From: Longimicrobiales bacterium
GTDB lineage: Bacteria; Gemmatimonadota; Gemmatimonadetes; Longimicrobiales; Gaopeijiaceae
Assembly (NCBI GenBank): GCA_041690395.1
Contig: JAWLHJ010000001.1
Location: 128,001 to 192,000 of the forward strand
Direction: 5' to 3'
DNA: 64,000 nucleotides
Shown here: positions 37,599 to 46,971 of the stretch, one piece after another
How positions within the stretch are numbered: position 1 is the stretch's first letter
How the letters are laid out: every line of letters begins with the position of its first letter
Notes under the pieces: model-generated
The model's database searches: none
Told to the model about the DNA's origin: nothing
What the model saw: only the letters and a program-made list of their open reading frames with translations
Position numbers and translations under genes: made by a program

Positions 37599-38786
37599 GT
37601 GACCGCGGAAATCGGAGATGCCGCCGCCCGTTCGGGCGACCCCGTCGCACTCGCGCGGCGCCTCGTCGCCATCCCGTCGGTCAATCCGGACCTCGAGGGC
37701 GACGGGGCCGGAGAGGCGGAGATCGCCGCGTTCTGCACGGGGTTGCTGGCGGGGTGGGGCTTCGACGTATCGACCCGGGAGGCCGTGCCCGGCCGTCCGA
37801 ACGTGGTGGCGCGGCTGAGAGGCACGGGCCCGACGCTCCTCCTGAACGGACATCTCGACACCGTAGGCGTGGCAGGCATGACCGTCGACCCGTTCGCGGC
37901 CGAGCTGAGGGACGGACGTCTCTGGGGCCGGGGGTCGTGCGACATGAAGGGGGGCGTGGCCGCCCTCCTGGCCACGGCACGTGCGCTCGTCGATGCGCCC
38001 GTGGCCGAGCGCCCGAACCTCGTCGTCGCCCTCACGGCGGACGAAGAAAACGCCAGCGTCGGGATGGCCCGCCTCGTCGAGGAAGGTGTCACGGCCGATC
38101 TCGCGGTCGTGTGCGAGCCGACGGAGCTGGCGGTCATGCCGGCCCACAAGGGGTTCGTGTGGATCCGCGCGCTCTTCCGCGGTCGGGCGGCACACGGATC
38201 GAGACCGGAGCTGGGTATCGACGCGATACGGCACGCCGCGCTCTACCTCACGGCGCTGGAGGAGCACGCCGCAGCGCTCCGAAGCGGCTCCGCGCATCCA
38301 CTGCTCGGGCACGGGTCCTTCCACGCGGGCACCATTCGAGGGGGCGCTGCGGCTTCCGTCTACCCCGAGTCGTGCGAGCTCGTCCTGGAGCGTCGAACCC
38401 TCCCGACGGAATCGGTCCACGATGCGGTCGCGCCCTTTCAGGAGGCGCTGGAGGCGCTGGTCACGGACCACCCTGAGATCGATGCCGACCTGGCCGTCAC
38501 GCTGGACCGGCCGGGCACGGAGGTCGCCGAGGACACGCCCGTCGTGCGCGGTCTGCTCGAGGCGCTCGACGAAGAGGGCGTCGCGCCGGCGGTCCGTGGC
38601 ATGAGCGCCTGGGTCGACGCGGCGTACCTGAACGAGGCGGGAATCCCCGCCGTCTGCTTCGGGCCGGGCTCCATCGAGCAGGCCCACACCGCCGACGAAT
38701 GGATCGACGCCGAGGAGATCCGCGTCGCGGCCATGGTTCTCAGCCGCTTCGCGCGCGCCCTGGTGACGAACTTGGACGAGGCTTAG
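37599..38786 (+). CDS. ArgE/DapE family M20 deacylase
   Basis: LNGHLDTV, GRGSCDMKGG, ADEE, CEPT, AHTADE; GAGGGAG RBS before GTG. Confidence 0.93.
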   Translation: MTAEIGDAAARSGDPVALARRLVAIPSVNPDLEGDGAGEAEIAAFCTGLLAGWGFDVSTREAVPGRPNVVARLRGTGPTLLLNGHLDTVGVAGMTVDPFAAELRDGRLWGRGSCDMKGGVAALLATARALVDAPVAERPNLVVALTADEENASVGMARLVEEGVTADLAVVCEPTELAVMPAHKGFVWIRALFRGRAAHGSRPELGIDAIRHAALYLTALEEHAAALRSGSAHPLLGHGSFHAGTIRGGAAASVYPESCELVLERRTLPTESVHDAVAPFQEALEALVTDHPEIDADLAVTLDRPGTEVAEDTPVVRGLLEALDEEGVAPAVRGMSAWVDAAYLNEAGIPAVCFGPGSIEQAHTADEWIDAEEIRVAAMVLSRFARALVTNLDEA

Positions 38787-38796
38787 AGATTGCGGC

Positions 38797-39489
38797 ATGC
38801 CTACACCCTCGAACGCCCCTGACAACGTGCCGCTCGAGCAGGGACGGAAGTCGGCCATCGACGCGCTCTGCGACCACTTCGCTGACGACCGGCTGACAGT
38901 CGAGGAGTTCGAGCGCCGCCTCGACGCGGCCCACCAGGCGCGTTCCTCGAGCGAGCTCGACGCATTGCTCGCGGATCTCCCGACCGCGCCCAACAGCCTG
39001 GCGCGCAGGGCGGCGTCCCCCGAGCAACGCCCCGGAGGTCAGGAGCTGGCGGACCCCGACCGGGTGAAGGACCGCGAGCTCGTCGTCGCCATCATGGGCG
39101 GCAATGGTCGGAAGGGACGCTGGTCGCCGGCACGTCACAGCGTCGTCATGGCGGTCATGGGTGGGGCCGAGCTGGACTTCCGCGACGCGGTCATGCCCCC
39201 TGGCGTCACCGAGGTGCAGATCTACGCGTTCTGGGGCGGAGTGGACATCCTCGTGCCGCCGGACATGCACGTCGAGAGTACGGGCTTCGCCGTCATGGGA
39301 GGCTTCGACCACGCCGCCGAGGATGCCGTGGAGCCGAGTCCGGGAGCACCGTCCCTCCGCATCACGGGCATCGCGGTGATGGGCGGCGTCGACATCTCGG
39401 TCCGCCGCCCCGGCGAGACCGCACGGGACGCCAGACGACGGCGACGGCTCGAGCGGCGGGAGCAGCGGCGGCTGGAACGGGGCGAATAG
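38797..39489 (+). CDS. DUF1707 + LiaF-like domain protein
   Basis: LCDHFADDRLTVEEFERRLDAA..LLADLP; repeated AxMGG beta motifs. Confidence 0.85.
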   Translation: MPTPSNAPDNVPLEQGRKSAIDALCDHFADDRLTVEEFERRLDAAHQARSSSELDALLADLPTAPNSLARRAASPEQRPGGQELADPDRVKDRELVVAIMGGNGRKGRWSPARHSVVMAVMGGAELDFRDAVMPPGVTEVQIYAFWGGVDILVPPDMHVESTGFAVMGGFDHAAEDAVEPSPGAPSLRITGIAVMGGVDISVRRPGETARDARRRRRLERREQRRLERGE

Positions 39490-39553
39490 GTCCCCGGGGA
39501 GAGGCCCCGAGGTCGCCGATCCAGCAGACCGGCAACCCCGGGGGCGCCGAAGC

Positions 39554-40423
39554 TCACCCGCCGAGCGTTCTTCCCAGGTAGTCCTTCAGCCGTGTCCAGG
39601 CGTCGAGCGCCGGCTCGGTCCGCGTCGCGGGATCCTCGTCCACGCGCAGCCAGAACCCGTGGTCGACGTCGTCGTAGATGTGGAGATCGTGCTCCAGACC
39701 GACGGCGTCCATGGCGGCCTCGAACGCCGTGACCTGTTCCGGTGACGGGCCACTGTCGAGCCGGGCGAACGTCCCGTAGACCTCGTGGTCCATCGTGCGC
39801 AGCGCCTCGGGGTCGTCGACGAGACGGCCGTAGAAGATGGCCGTGGCCTCGTGGTTCTCACCGTCGAGACCGAAGGAAAGCGCGATCCCCCCTCCGAAGC
39901 ACCATCCCATGGCGCCTACACGCCCGGTGACGTCGGGCCGTCCGCGCAGGTATCGCACGGCCGAATTCAAGTTCTCTACCACGCGCGGCATGTCGTTCAT
40001 GCTCTCCTGCACGAGCGCCATGTTCTCATCGGGGTTCGATCCCGTGCGACCCTGGAAAAGGTCCGCCGCCAGCGTCACGTACCCCTCCGCCGCGAAGTCG
40101 TCGGCCATCTGACGAACCCGGTCGCTGAGGCCGTTCCACTCGTGGATGATGACCAGAGCCGGGAACGGACCGTCGCCTTCCGGCACCGCCAGATACCCGA
40201 CGGTCTCCTCGTCACCCGGCACGTAGCTGAGGTCCATCCCCTCGAGGGCTCCACCCTCGCCCACGATGGCGGACGGCAACTCGCCCGCAGCCGTCGGCGA
40301 GACCGCGATACGCGATTCGACCGCGGACATCGATGCTTCGGAACCCGTATCGGCCTCATCCCCGGCCCCACCGCACGCGGCGAGCGCGGCCAGGATGGTC
40401 AGCGCGGTGTATGGTCGCTTCAT
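39554..40423 (-). CDS. Dienelactone hydrolase family lipoprotein
   Basis: Lipobox LAAC; IHEWNGL, GWCFGG, DHGF. Confidence 0.92.
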   Translation of the reverse strand: MKRPYTALTILAALAACGGAGDEADTGSEASMSAVESRIAVSPTAAGELPSAIVGEGGALEGMDLSYVPGDEETVGYLAVPEGDGPFPALVIIHEWNGLSDRVRQMADDFAAEGYVTLAADLFQGRTGSNPDENMALVQESMNDMPRVVENLNSAVRYLRGRPDVTGRVGAMGWCFGGGIALSFGLDGENHEATAIFYGRLVDDPEALRTMDHEVYGTFARLDSGPSPEQVTAFEAAMDAVGLEHDLHIYDDVDHGFWLRVDEDPATRTEPALDAWTRLKDYLGRTLGG

Positions 40424-40803
40424 GCCTCTCGACTCCTCTCTGATGATTCGCCGGCTCCCTGTGGAGCGCGAAGCTTGAAAGGGATGCAACACGGGCCTGT
40501 GGGGCAAGGGAGCCGCGACCCACGATGTGTCCCCCATTGAGGACGACCCCGTGGCCAACGGAGTCGTATGGACAGGGCCGTCGAGCACCCCCCTGGGAAG
40601 CGGGAAGGCGCGCACCGCCTGGCGTCCGGGGCCATTACATGGCTGCAGGAACCGATTGGGCACGCCTCTTGTACTTAGTCAGCGCAGGTGACGGGATCCG
40701 TAAAATCTTGTAGGATCACGTCCCGCGTCCGCGTCGGTGTTTCCGGCCGGAGCGTCCGTACCATGAACGGCGAGCAGATCCTCGCCGAAGGACAGGAGAT
40801 TAG

Positions 40804-41235
40804 ATGTTGCGACAGAAGAGCACGAAGCTTCTTTCTGCGATGGTCCTTCCGGTCGGCATCGCGCTTGCGGTCCAGGGTAGCACCCCGGACGCCGCCCCGG
40901 TCGACCGTGCGGAGTCCATGTGGGCCCACCAGGCTATCGAAGTCAGCTACGAGTCGGACGTCGTGCCGATCCTCCAGGAGTACTGCCTGAGCTGTCACGG
41001 CGGTCCGGGGGCCGACGGTGAGATCGTCATCGAGCTCGGGTACGATATGAGCACCTACGAAGGGCTGATGGCCGGGTCGGACTACGGTCCGGTGATCGAG
41101 CCGGGCGATCCGGACGGGAGCCTCTTCCTCGAGATGATCGTCAACGGTGACATGCCCGAGGACGGCGACCCGGTTCCGGCCGAGTTGATCGAGGTCCTCC
41201 GGACATGGATCGCAGAGGGCGCGCAGAACAACTGA
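40804..41235 (+). CDS. Monoheme cytochrome c, planctomycete cytochrome C-like domain
   Basis: Signal peptide; VSYESDVVPILQEYCLSCHG, PGDPDGS, MP, WIAEGA. Confidence 0.88.
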   Translation: MLRQKSTKLLSAMVLPVGIALAVQGSTPDAAPVDRAESMWAHQAIEVSYESDVVPILQEYCLSCHGGPGADGEIVIELGYDMSTYEGLMAGSDYGPVIEPGDPDGSLFLEMIVNGDMPEDGDPVPAELIEVLRTWIAEGAQNN

Positions 41236-41259
41236 CGCCAGACGCGACTCCGTAACGAC

Positions 41260-41296
41260 AGAAGGGCCGTCCGCTTTCGAAGCGGACGGCCCTTCT
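41260..41296. terminator. Bidirectional intrinsic terminator
   Basis: AGAAGGGCCGTCCGCTT-TCG-AAGCGGACGGCCCTTCT perfect 17-bp stem followed by T-rich tract. Confidence 0.9.
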
Positions 41297-41334
41297 TCGT
41301 TTCTCCCGTCAGGACCGGGGTCCGGTCGTGGCGA

Positions 41335-43125
41335 CTACTCCTGGGAGTCCGTCGCCCGGTACCAGTCCTCCCGGATCCAATCCACGATCAGACCCATGTC
41401 CCGGTCGGTGAGGATCTCGTCGGCGCCGAAGGCCGGCATCCGGTCGTTGTCCTCTCCGTATAGGCTCGGATGCGCGGGATCGTTCAGCATCCGCAACATC
41501 CAATCGCGCGACGCCCACCCGGTCAGCTCCGGTCCCTCCTGCTCGCCGACACCGTAGACCATGTGGCACCGTGTGCAGTCCACGACTTCGTTCACCACGG
41601 CGTCGCGACCACGCTCGATCCGCGCGGCCTCGGCCTCTTCCAGGTCCTGCTGGCGGGTGAGGCCCGCCTCGGCCGAGAGCCAGGCGATGACGTACTCGAG
41701 CTCCGCCCGCTGCTCGTCCGTCCAGGCATTCGGGATGCCACGCTGGACGAATCGCACCATCTCGCCGTTCCGGAAGTCGGTCGCTCCGAAGTACTCCGGG
41801 GTGTTCACCCGCTCGGGGTCGAAGAGCCCGTCCAACCATTCGCGGCTACCGAAGCCGTGGAGGTCCGCCGCCGAGGGGTCCTCGGCCGGCGGCGCTCCAA
41901 GACCGTCGTGCCCGTTGTACGTATGGCAGCTCGCGCAGTTGCTCGAGAAGAGCTTCGGCCCCTGGGTGAGCGGATCGTTCCGGAGTAGGTCGAGGGCTCC
42001 CGTCGGCGGGATGCCGGTGGGAGCGGCGGCGAGCTCCTGGACACGGTGCGCCTCCTGCTCGGCCTGCTCCTTGGCCATCAGGAAGTCCTCGTCGGCGCCG
42101 TCCTGGGCGTAGGCGAGGAACGTCAGCAGACCGACGCCCATGATCAGCGAGGCCATGAGGCCGAGGTTGAAACGGTGCCCGAGCTTCCAGTTCCCGAGGA
42201 TCGGAATGAGGGCCACGACCGTCACGATCATCCCGGGAATGATCATCGCGCCCACGACCTCCCAGCCGGCCGGGAAATACTTCAGCCACTGGAAGAGGAA
42301 CATGAAGTACCACTCGGGGCGCGCCGCCGCGTAGGGCTCGGTCGGGTTGGCCGGGGCTCCGAGGTGGGCTCCGCCCGTGGCGAAGACCAGGATCAGGACG
42401 GTCGCCATGACCGCCAACATCGCGACGGCGTCGCGGAAGATCTGGTCGGGCCAGAACATCGAGTCCGGCGCGTGATCGGGATCCTTGACCGTGATCCCGT
42501 GCCTCCGGAACAGATAGATGTGTCCCACGATCAGCAGCACGATGGCCGCGGGTATGATTCCCGCATGCAGCGCGAAGAAGCGGGTCAACGTGAGATGCCC
42601 GTACTCCGGGCCGCCGATCATGAGCTTCTGGACCTCGGGGCCGACGAACGGCGTGATCGCCGCGATGCTCGTCGCGACCTTCGTGGCCCAGTACCCCTTC
42701 TGGTCCCAGGGCAACAGATACCCGGTCAGCGAAAGGGCGAGCACCAGGCCGAGGAGGCCGAGCCCGAACCAGAAGTTGACCTCGCGCGGCGCGCGATACG
42801 CTCCGTCGATGACCACCTGCATGAGGTGGAGAAGGAGGAGTACGACCGTGACTTGCGCCATGTAGTGGTGGATGCCACGAAGGAGCCATCCACCCCACAT
42901 CTCGTACTGGATGTAGTAGACGCTCTCCCAGGCGCCCTGCGCGTTCGCACTGTAGGCCGCCCACAGGATGAGTCCGGTGACGAACTGCACCCCGATCGCG
43001 AAGGTGAGCGTGCTGCCCCAGACGTAACGCCACCGCGCGCCGCCCGGAATCCGCTCGTAGAGTGCTTCGCTCAGGAGACCGCGGTAGCCTGTCCGGTCGT
43101 CGAGCCAATCGAGCATCGCCTTCAT
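41335..43125 (-). CDS. Cytochrome b of Rieske/cytb complex fused to diheme cytochrome c
   Basis: LRGIHHY, TGYLLPWDQKGYWA, RFFALH, PEWY; CASCH and CTRCH in the C-terminal part. Confidence 0.93.
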   Translation of the reverse strand: MKAMLDWLDDRTGYRGLLSEALYERIPGGARWRYVWGSTLTFAIGVQFVTGLILWAAYSANAQGAWESVYYIQYEMWGGWLLRGIHHYMAQVTVVLLLLHLMQVVIDGAYRAPREVNFWFGLGLLGLVLALSLTGYLLPWDQKGYWATKVATSIAAITPFVGPEVQKLMIGGPEYGHLTLTRFFALHAGIIPAAIVLLIVGHIYLFRRHGITVKDPDHAPDSMFWPDQIFRDAVAMLAVMATVLILVFATGGAHLGAPANPTEPYAAARPEWYFMFLFQWLKYFPAGWEVVGAMIIPGMIVTVVALIPILGNWKLGHRFNLGLMASLIMGVGLLTFLAYAQDGADEDFLMAKEQAEQEAHRVQELAAAPTGIPPTGALDLLRNDPLTQGPKLFSSNCASCHTYNGHDGLGAPPAEDPSAADLHGFGSREWLDGLFDPERVNTPEYFGATDFRNGEMVRFVQRGIPNAWTDEQRAELEYVIAWLSAEAGLTRQQDLEEAEAARIERGRDAVVNEVVDCTRCHMVYGVGEQEGPELTGWASRDWMLRMLNDPAHPSLYGEDNDRMPAFGADEILTDRDMGLIVDWIREDWYRATDSQE

Positions 43126-43673
43126 ACGATCGGCACCTTGTGCTCTTGTCCCGGCTGGAAGTTCTGGAAGCGAACCCAGACTTCGTCGTCGTTGCGGATC
43201 TCACACTCGAGCTCGTCCATGGCGCGCGGGCTCGGGCTGGCCGGATCGTCGATCGATCCGTCCAATGCGAAGCGGCTGCGATGGCACGGACACGCGAAGT
43301 GCGTCGCGCCCGGGGCCAGGTTCACGAAGCAGCCGGCATGAGGGCACACCACGTTCAGGCACCGGAGCTCGTTCTCTTCCGTGCGCCTCAGGTAGACCGC
43401 TCCGACCGGCGTGTTCTGGTAGGTCGTCCACCCGTCGACCCTGTCGGTCGACACGGTGAACTTCCTCGGCACGCCATCGGCCGGCAGCACGGGCAGCTTG
43501 GTCACCATGACCATGGCCTGATCGTCACGGGTGCGGCGCAACGGATCGAGCAGCGTCGCCACGCCCGCGAGGGCGGGGGCCACACCGGCGAGACCGCCGG
43601 CGATCACGGCCCCCATCGCGGCCAGGAAGTTGCGGCGTGGCTCGCCGTCGGGCTTCGGATTTTCGTCGCTCAT
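43122..43673 (-). CDS. Rieske Fe-S subunit of Rieske/cytb complex
   Basis: RRNFL Tat anchor; CPHAGC and CPCHRSRF. Confidence 0.95.
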   Translation of the reverse strand: MSDENPKPDGEPRRNFLAAMGAVIAGGLAGVAPALAGVATLLDPLRRTRDDQAMVMVTKLPVLPADGVPRKFTVSTDRVDGWTTYQNTPVGAVYLRRTEENELRCLNVVCPHAGCFVNLAPGATHFACPCHRSRFALDGSIDDPASPSPRAMDELECEIRNDDEVWVRFQNFQPGQEHKVPIV

Positions 43674-43929
43674 AAATGCAATTCGTGCGATGATCGATTG
43701 GATCAGCCGGACGGCGAACCGTCGCGACAAACGATGTCGTGGGGATGCGGCAGGGACCCACCTGTATCTGAGCCCGGGTCCGGCCGAGCGGCCGCAATAT
43801 ACGGCAGATCCGGCCTCGATCCCACTGGACGGGCCGCCGTAGACGACGGTGGCGCGTGAGATGAAGCTGGCGAGGGTACAGTCTCGTCCTCATGTTCGCC
43901 AGCAACACTCACGACCCCAGGAGATAGAC

Positions 43930-44754
43930 ATGCTTCCTCGCTGCACTGTTGACGTCGTACACCGCCCCGGAGGGCGCTCGGGCCTCCCGGGAGCGATGCT
44001 AGTGTGCCTGGCGGCGCTCGTGGGCCTCCCCCAGCTCGTCGCCGGTCAGGAGCCCATCTCCGACCCGGCCGAGGGCGTGCCCGGGGTGGCGACGTTCTCG
44101 ATCCTGGGGTACGACCCCGAGACCGGAGAGGTCGGCGGTGCGGTGCAGTCACGCGTGTTCTCCGTCGGCAACGGCGTCCTGTGGGCGGAAGCCGGTGTGG
44201 GGGCCGTGGCCACCCAGGCGATCATCGACGTGAGCTACGGACCCCAGGGGCTCGAGCTGCTCGCAACGGGCCTCCCTCCGGAGGAGGTCGTGGCCGCGCT
44301 CCTCCGCAACGACCCCAATCCGAGACCGGAGGGATGGCCCATCGGAGGGCGTCAGTTCGCGGTCATGGACGTCGCCGGCAGCGTGGCTGCCCACACCGGG
44401 CCCGAAGCTTCCGACTGGGCGGGGCACCGGGTGGGACGTCACGTCTCGGCTCAGGGCAACATCCTGGCGGGACCGGAGGTGGTCGACGCTATGGTCGAGG
44501 CCTTCGAGCAGACCGAAGGGCACCTCTCGTTCCGTCTCCTGGCGGCGCTGGAGGCCGGTCAGGCGGCGGGCGGCGACCGGCGCGGGATGCAGTCGGCGGC
44601 CATGCTCATCGTTCAGGAAGACGGCGGCGTGTGGTTGAACAACGACGTCGTCCTGAGGCTCCAGGTGGACGACCACGAGCAGCCTATCCAGGAGCTCCGC
44701 CGATTGGTCGAGATCGCGGCGGCGCAGCGGGAGCGGATTCGGGGAGGTTCCTGA
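43930..44754 (+). CDS. DUF1028 family (Ntn-hydrolase-like) exported protein
   Basis: ATFSILGYDPETGEVGGAVQS, GAVATQA, QGNILAG, GGDRRGMQSAA; AGGAG RBS. Confidence 0.9.
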   Translation: MLPRCTVDVVHRPGGRSGLPGAMLVCLAALVGLPQLVAGQEPISDPAEGVPGVATFSILGYDPETGEVGGAVQSRVFSVGNGVLWAEAGVGAVATQAIIDVSYGPQGLELLATGLPPEEVVAALLRNDPNPRPEGWPIGGRQFAVMDVAGSVAAHTGPEASDWAGHRVGRHVSAQGNILAGPEVVDAMVEAFEQTEGHLSFRLLAALEAGQAAGGDRRGMQSAAMLIVQEDGGVWLNNDVVLRLQVDDHEQPIQELRRLVEIAAAQRERIRGGS

Positions 44755-44772
44755 CGCCCCTGCGAGACGCCC

Positions 44773-46971
44773 CTAGGATATCCCGCCGAGCGAGAGGTGT
44801 AGGTGCCAGCGCTGGATGGGTCGCTCGGGCACGTCGGTCACGGGACGACCTTCGAGGAGCGCCTGCCCGATCGCGCGGGCATCGCGAACGTCGAGCGCGG
44901 ATGGGTTGAGCTTGTAGCCGACGTCCAGCTGCACGGCCCCAACCGGCGTGCCGATCGACACCCCCACGCCCGTGCCCCAACGCGCGCGGGCACCCAATTG
45001 GTCCGCGAGCAGCGCACCGTCCGTCGGGAGGAAGCGTCCGTCGGGCGTCCACACCCGCCCGCCGTCGAGGAACACGTGAAGGCCGTGTCCGCCTGCCAGG
45101 AAAGGGAACGGCGCCTCGAGCTGCACCGAGCCGGACCACCGGGCGAGGCCGCCCAGCGGCAGGTAGCGCGACGTCGGAACCGCCGAGCCGTCGGCGAACG
45201 AGAAATCCGGGGCTTTCGGGCCGAGCAGGTCGGTACCCCATCCACGCACGTCCTGGCTGCCTCCGGCGGTCAGGACCGCGTCGCGGAGCTTGATGTAGAC
45301 CTCCAGGCGGTCCGACCCGTCGGGCGCCGGGACCGACAGGCCGAAGGGGAAGACCCGCCCACCGCCGATGCGGGCGCGGACGCCCAAGGACCTTCCCAGC
45401 GGGAGGTATCCTCCGATCTGGCCGACGAGCTTCCCGTACTCGACCGTCGAGAGAACAGGAGGCCCCGCCACTTCGGCGCTCCCGAACAAGTTCCAGTCGT
45501 GGTGCGGACCCTCTCCACCCTGCGGCGCGCGTGACCACTGCCCGATGGCGCTCAGCCTGCTGGTGCGGCGGTCGAGATCGAGGGTGTCCACCGAGGCCAG
45601 GACGTCCAGAAAATCGAAATCCTGGCCGACCACGGCGCCGGCCTTCGCTTCGATCACCCGGCGCGACGTGAGCGAGTACCGCAGCGTCACGTTCCGTCTG
45701 GCGCCTCGTCGATAGAGTGCCGACAGCTCCGTTCCCCATTGGACCGACTCGTCCCGCAGATCGTCACGGTACTCGACGAAAGGCCGGAGGACGCCCTCCA
45801 CGCGGCGGTCGCCCAGCCACGGCTGCCGCAGGGAGGCCGACAGGCCGTAACGGCGAGCGGAGGTCGCCTCGGGCGCGAGATACCCGGTCCGCGCCTCCGT
45901 GGCGAGCTCGAGCGTCCGCGCCCCACCCAGGAAGTCTCGATGACTCCATGACACATCCCCCGAGACACCGGAGCCGGAGCCCCACCCCAGGCGCGACGAC
46001 AGGAGATGAAGGCTCCCTTCCGTGACACGGATCCGCACGGCGACCCGATCGTTCGGGGTGTCGTCGTCACGCACGCTGTCGGGTTCTGTCCCCACGACCG
46101 CGACACGGACCATGTCGAGGCCGAACAGCTCGCTCTGCCCCTCCGCGAGCCTGGCTCTCGAAAACCAGTCGCCTTCCCGCAGTGGGACCTCGCGGAGGAG
46201 GACGTTCTCGGCGAGCCGCTGGTTCCCCTGCACCCGCACGGCACCGACCCGCATGCGGCGGCCCGACTCCACGGTCACCCGGAACCTCGCGAGCGAGCCA
46301 CCCCCGGCATCCTCCAGAACCTCGACCGTGGCGCTGGTGCTCGCGCGGGGATAGCCACGGTCGCGCAGCCAGGCCGAGATCCTGTCCTGGTAACGCGCCC
46401 GGGCACCGGAGCTCAGGCGGGCGCCGCGCTCTTCGGCCAGCTCGGCGACGAACTCCCTCCACGACGGGCGCAGCTCCTCGGCCAGCGCGTCCTCCAGACG
46501 CCCGCCCTCGGGATCTTCGACCAGCATCGAGTCGAGGAGCAGCGGCGCGCCTTCCGTGACCACGTACGCGACGTCCACCCGATTGTCGTCCCCGTCCAGG
46601 ATCACCTCGTAGGTCACCGAGGCCTCCGGGAAGCCTTGATCCCGATAGTAGCGCTCCAGACGGACCACATCCCGGAGCAGCGATGGTGGGTCGAACCGGG
46701 ATCGGCTCGGTGAGGAGATCAGCGGGAGCACTCCGAGCAGCGAGCGAAGGCCGAAGAGGGCTCCGGGTCCTTCGAGCGTGATCTGCCGGCGGAGGTCGCC
46801 CGCGTCCAACGTCCGGCCCTCCGGGAACGCGAAGCCCACGGAGCCGATCTCGGTCTCCGAGTCAACGAGAAAGAGCGGAGTACCTTCCTGTCCGGCGGTG
46901 ACGGCCGGGGTGGCGAACAGCAGCAGAACGACGACGAGGCCGACAGTCAGGGAGAACGCGCGCTCAGTCAT
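44773..46971 (-). CDS. TamA/BamA-like Omp85 outer membrane protein
   Basis: Signal peptide; POTRA motifs (YYRDQGF, LRDRGY, VQGNQRL), VRGW loop, terminal beta strand. Confidence 0.88.
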   Translation of the reverse strand: MTERAFSLTVGLVVVLLLFATPAVTAGQEGTPLFLVDSETEIGSVGFAFPEGRTLDAGDLRRQITLEGPGALFGLRSLLGVLPLISSPSRSRFDPPSLLRDVVRLERYYRDQGFPEASVTYEVILDGDDNRVDVAYVVTEGAPLLLDSMLVEDPEGGRLEDALAEELRPSWREFVAELAEERGARLSSGARARYQDRISAWLRDRGYPRASTSATVEVLEDAGGGSLARFRVTVESGRRMRVGAVRVQGNQRLAENVLLREVPLREGDWFSRARLAEGQSELFGLDMVRVAVVGTEPDSVRDDDTPNDRVAVRIRVTEGSLHLLSSRLGWGSGSGVSGDVSWSHRDFLGGARTLELATEARTGYLAPEATSARRYGLSASLRQPWLGDRRVEGVLRPFVEYRDDLRDESVQWGTELSALYRRGARRNVTLRYSLTSRRVIEAKAGAVVGQDFDFLDVLASVDTLDLDRRTSRLSAIGQWSRAPQGGEGPHHDWNLFGSAEVAGPPVLSTVEYGKLVGQIGGYLPLGRSLGVRARIGGGRVFPFGLSVPAPDGSDRLEVYIKLRDAVLTAGGSQDVRGWGTDLLGPKAPDFSFADGSAVPTSRYLPLGGLARWSGSVQLEAPFPFLAGGHGLHVFLDGGRVWTPDGRFLPTDGALLADQLGARARWGTGVGVSIGTPVGAVQLDVGYKLNPSALDVRDARAIGQALLEGRPVTDVPERPIQRWHLHLSLGGIS

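Noticed and set aside
37250..38149. 299-aa minus-strand ORF
   Set aside because: Only the last 56 codons have an RBS and protein-like composition; the rest is antisense to the M20 deacylase.
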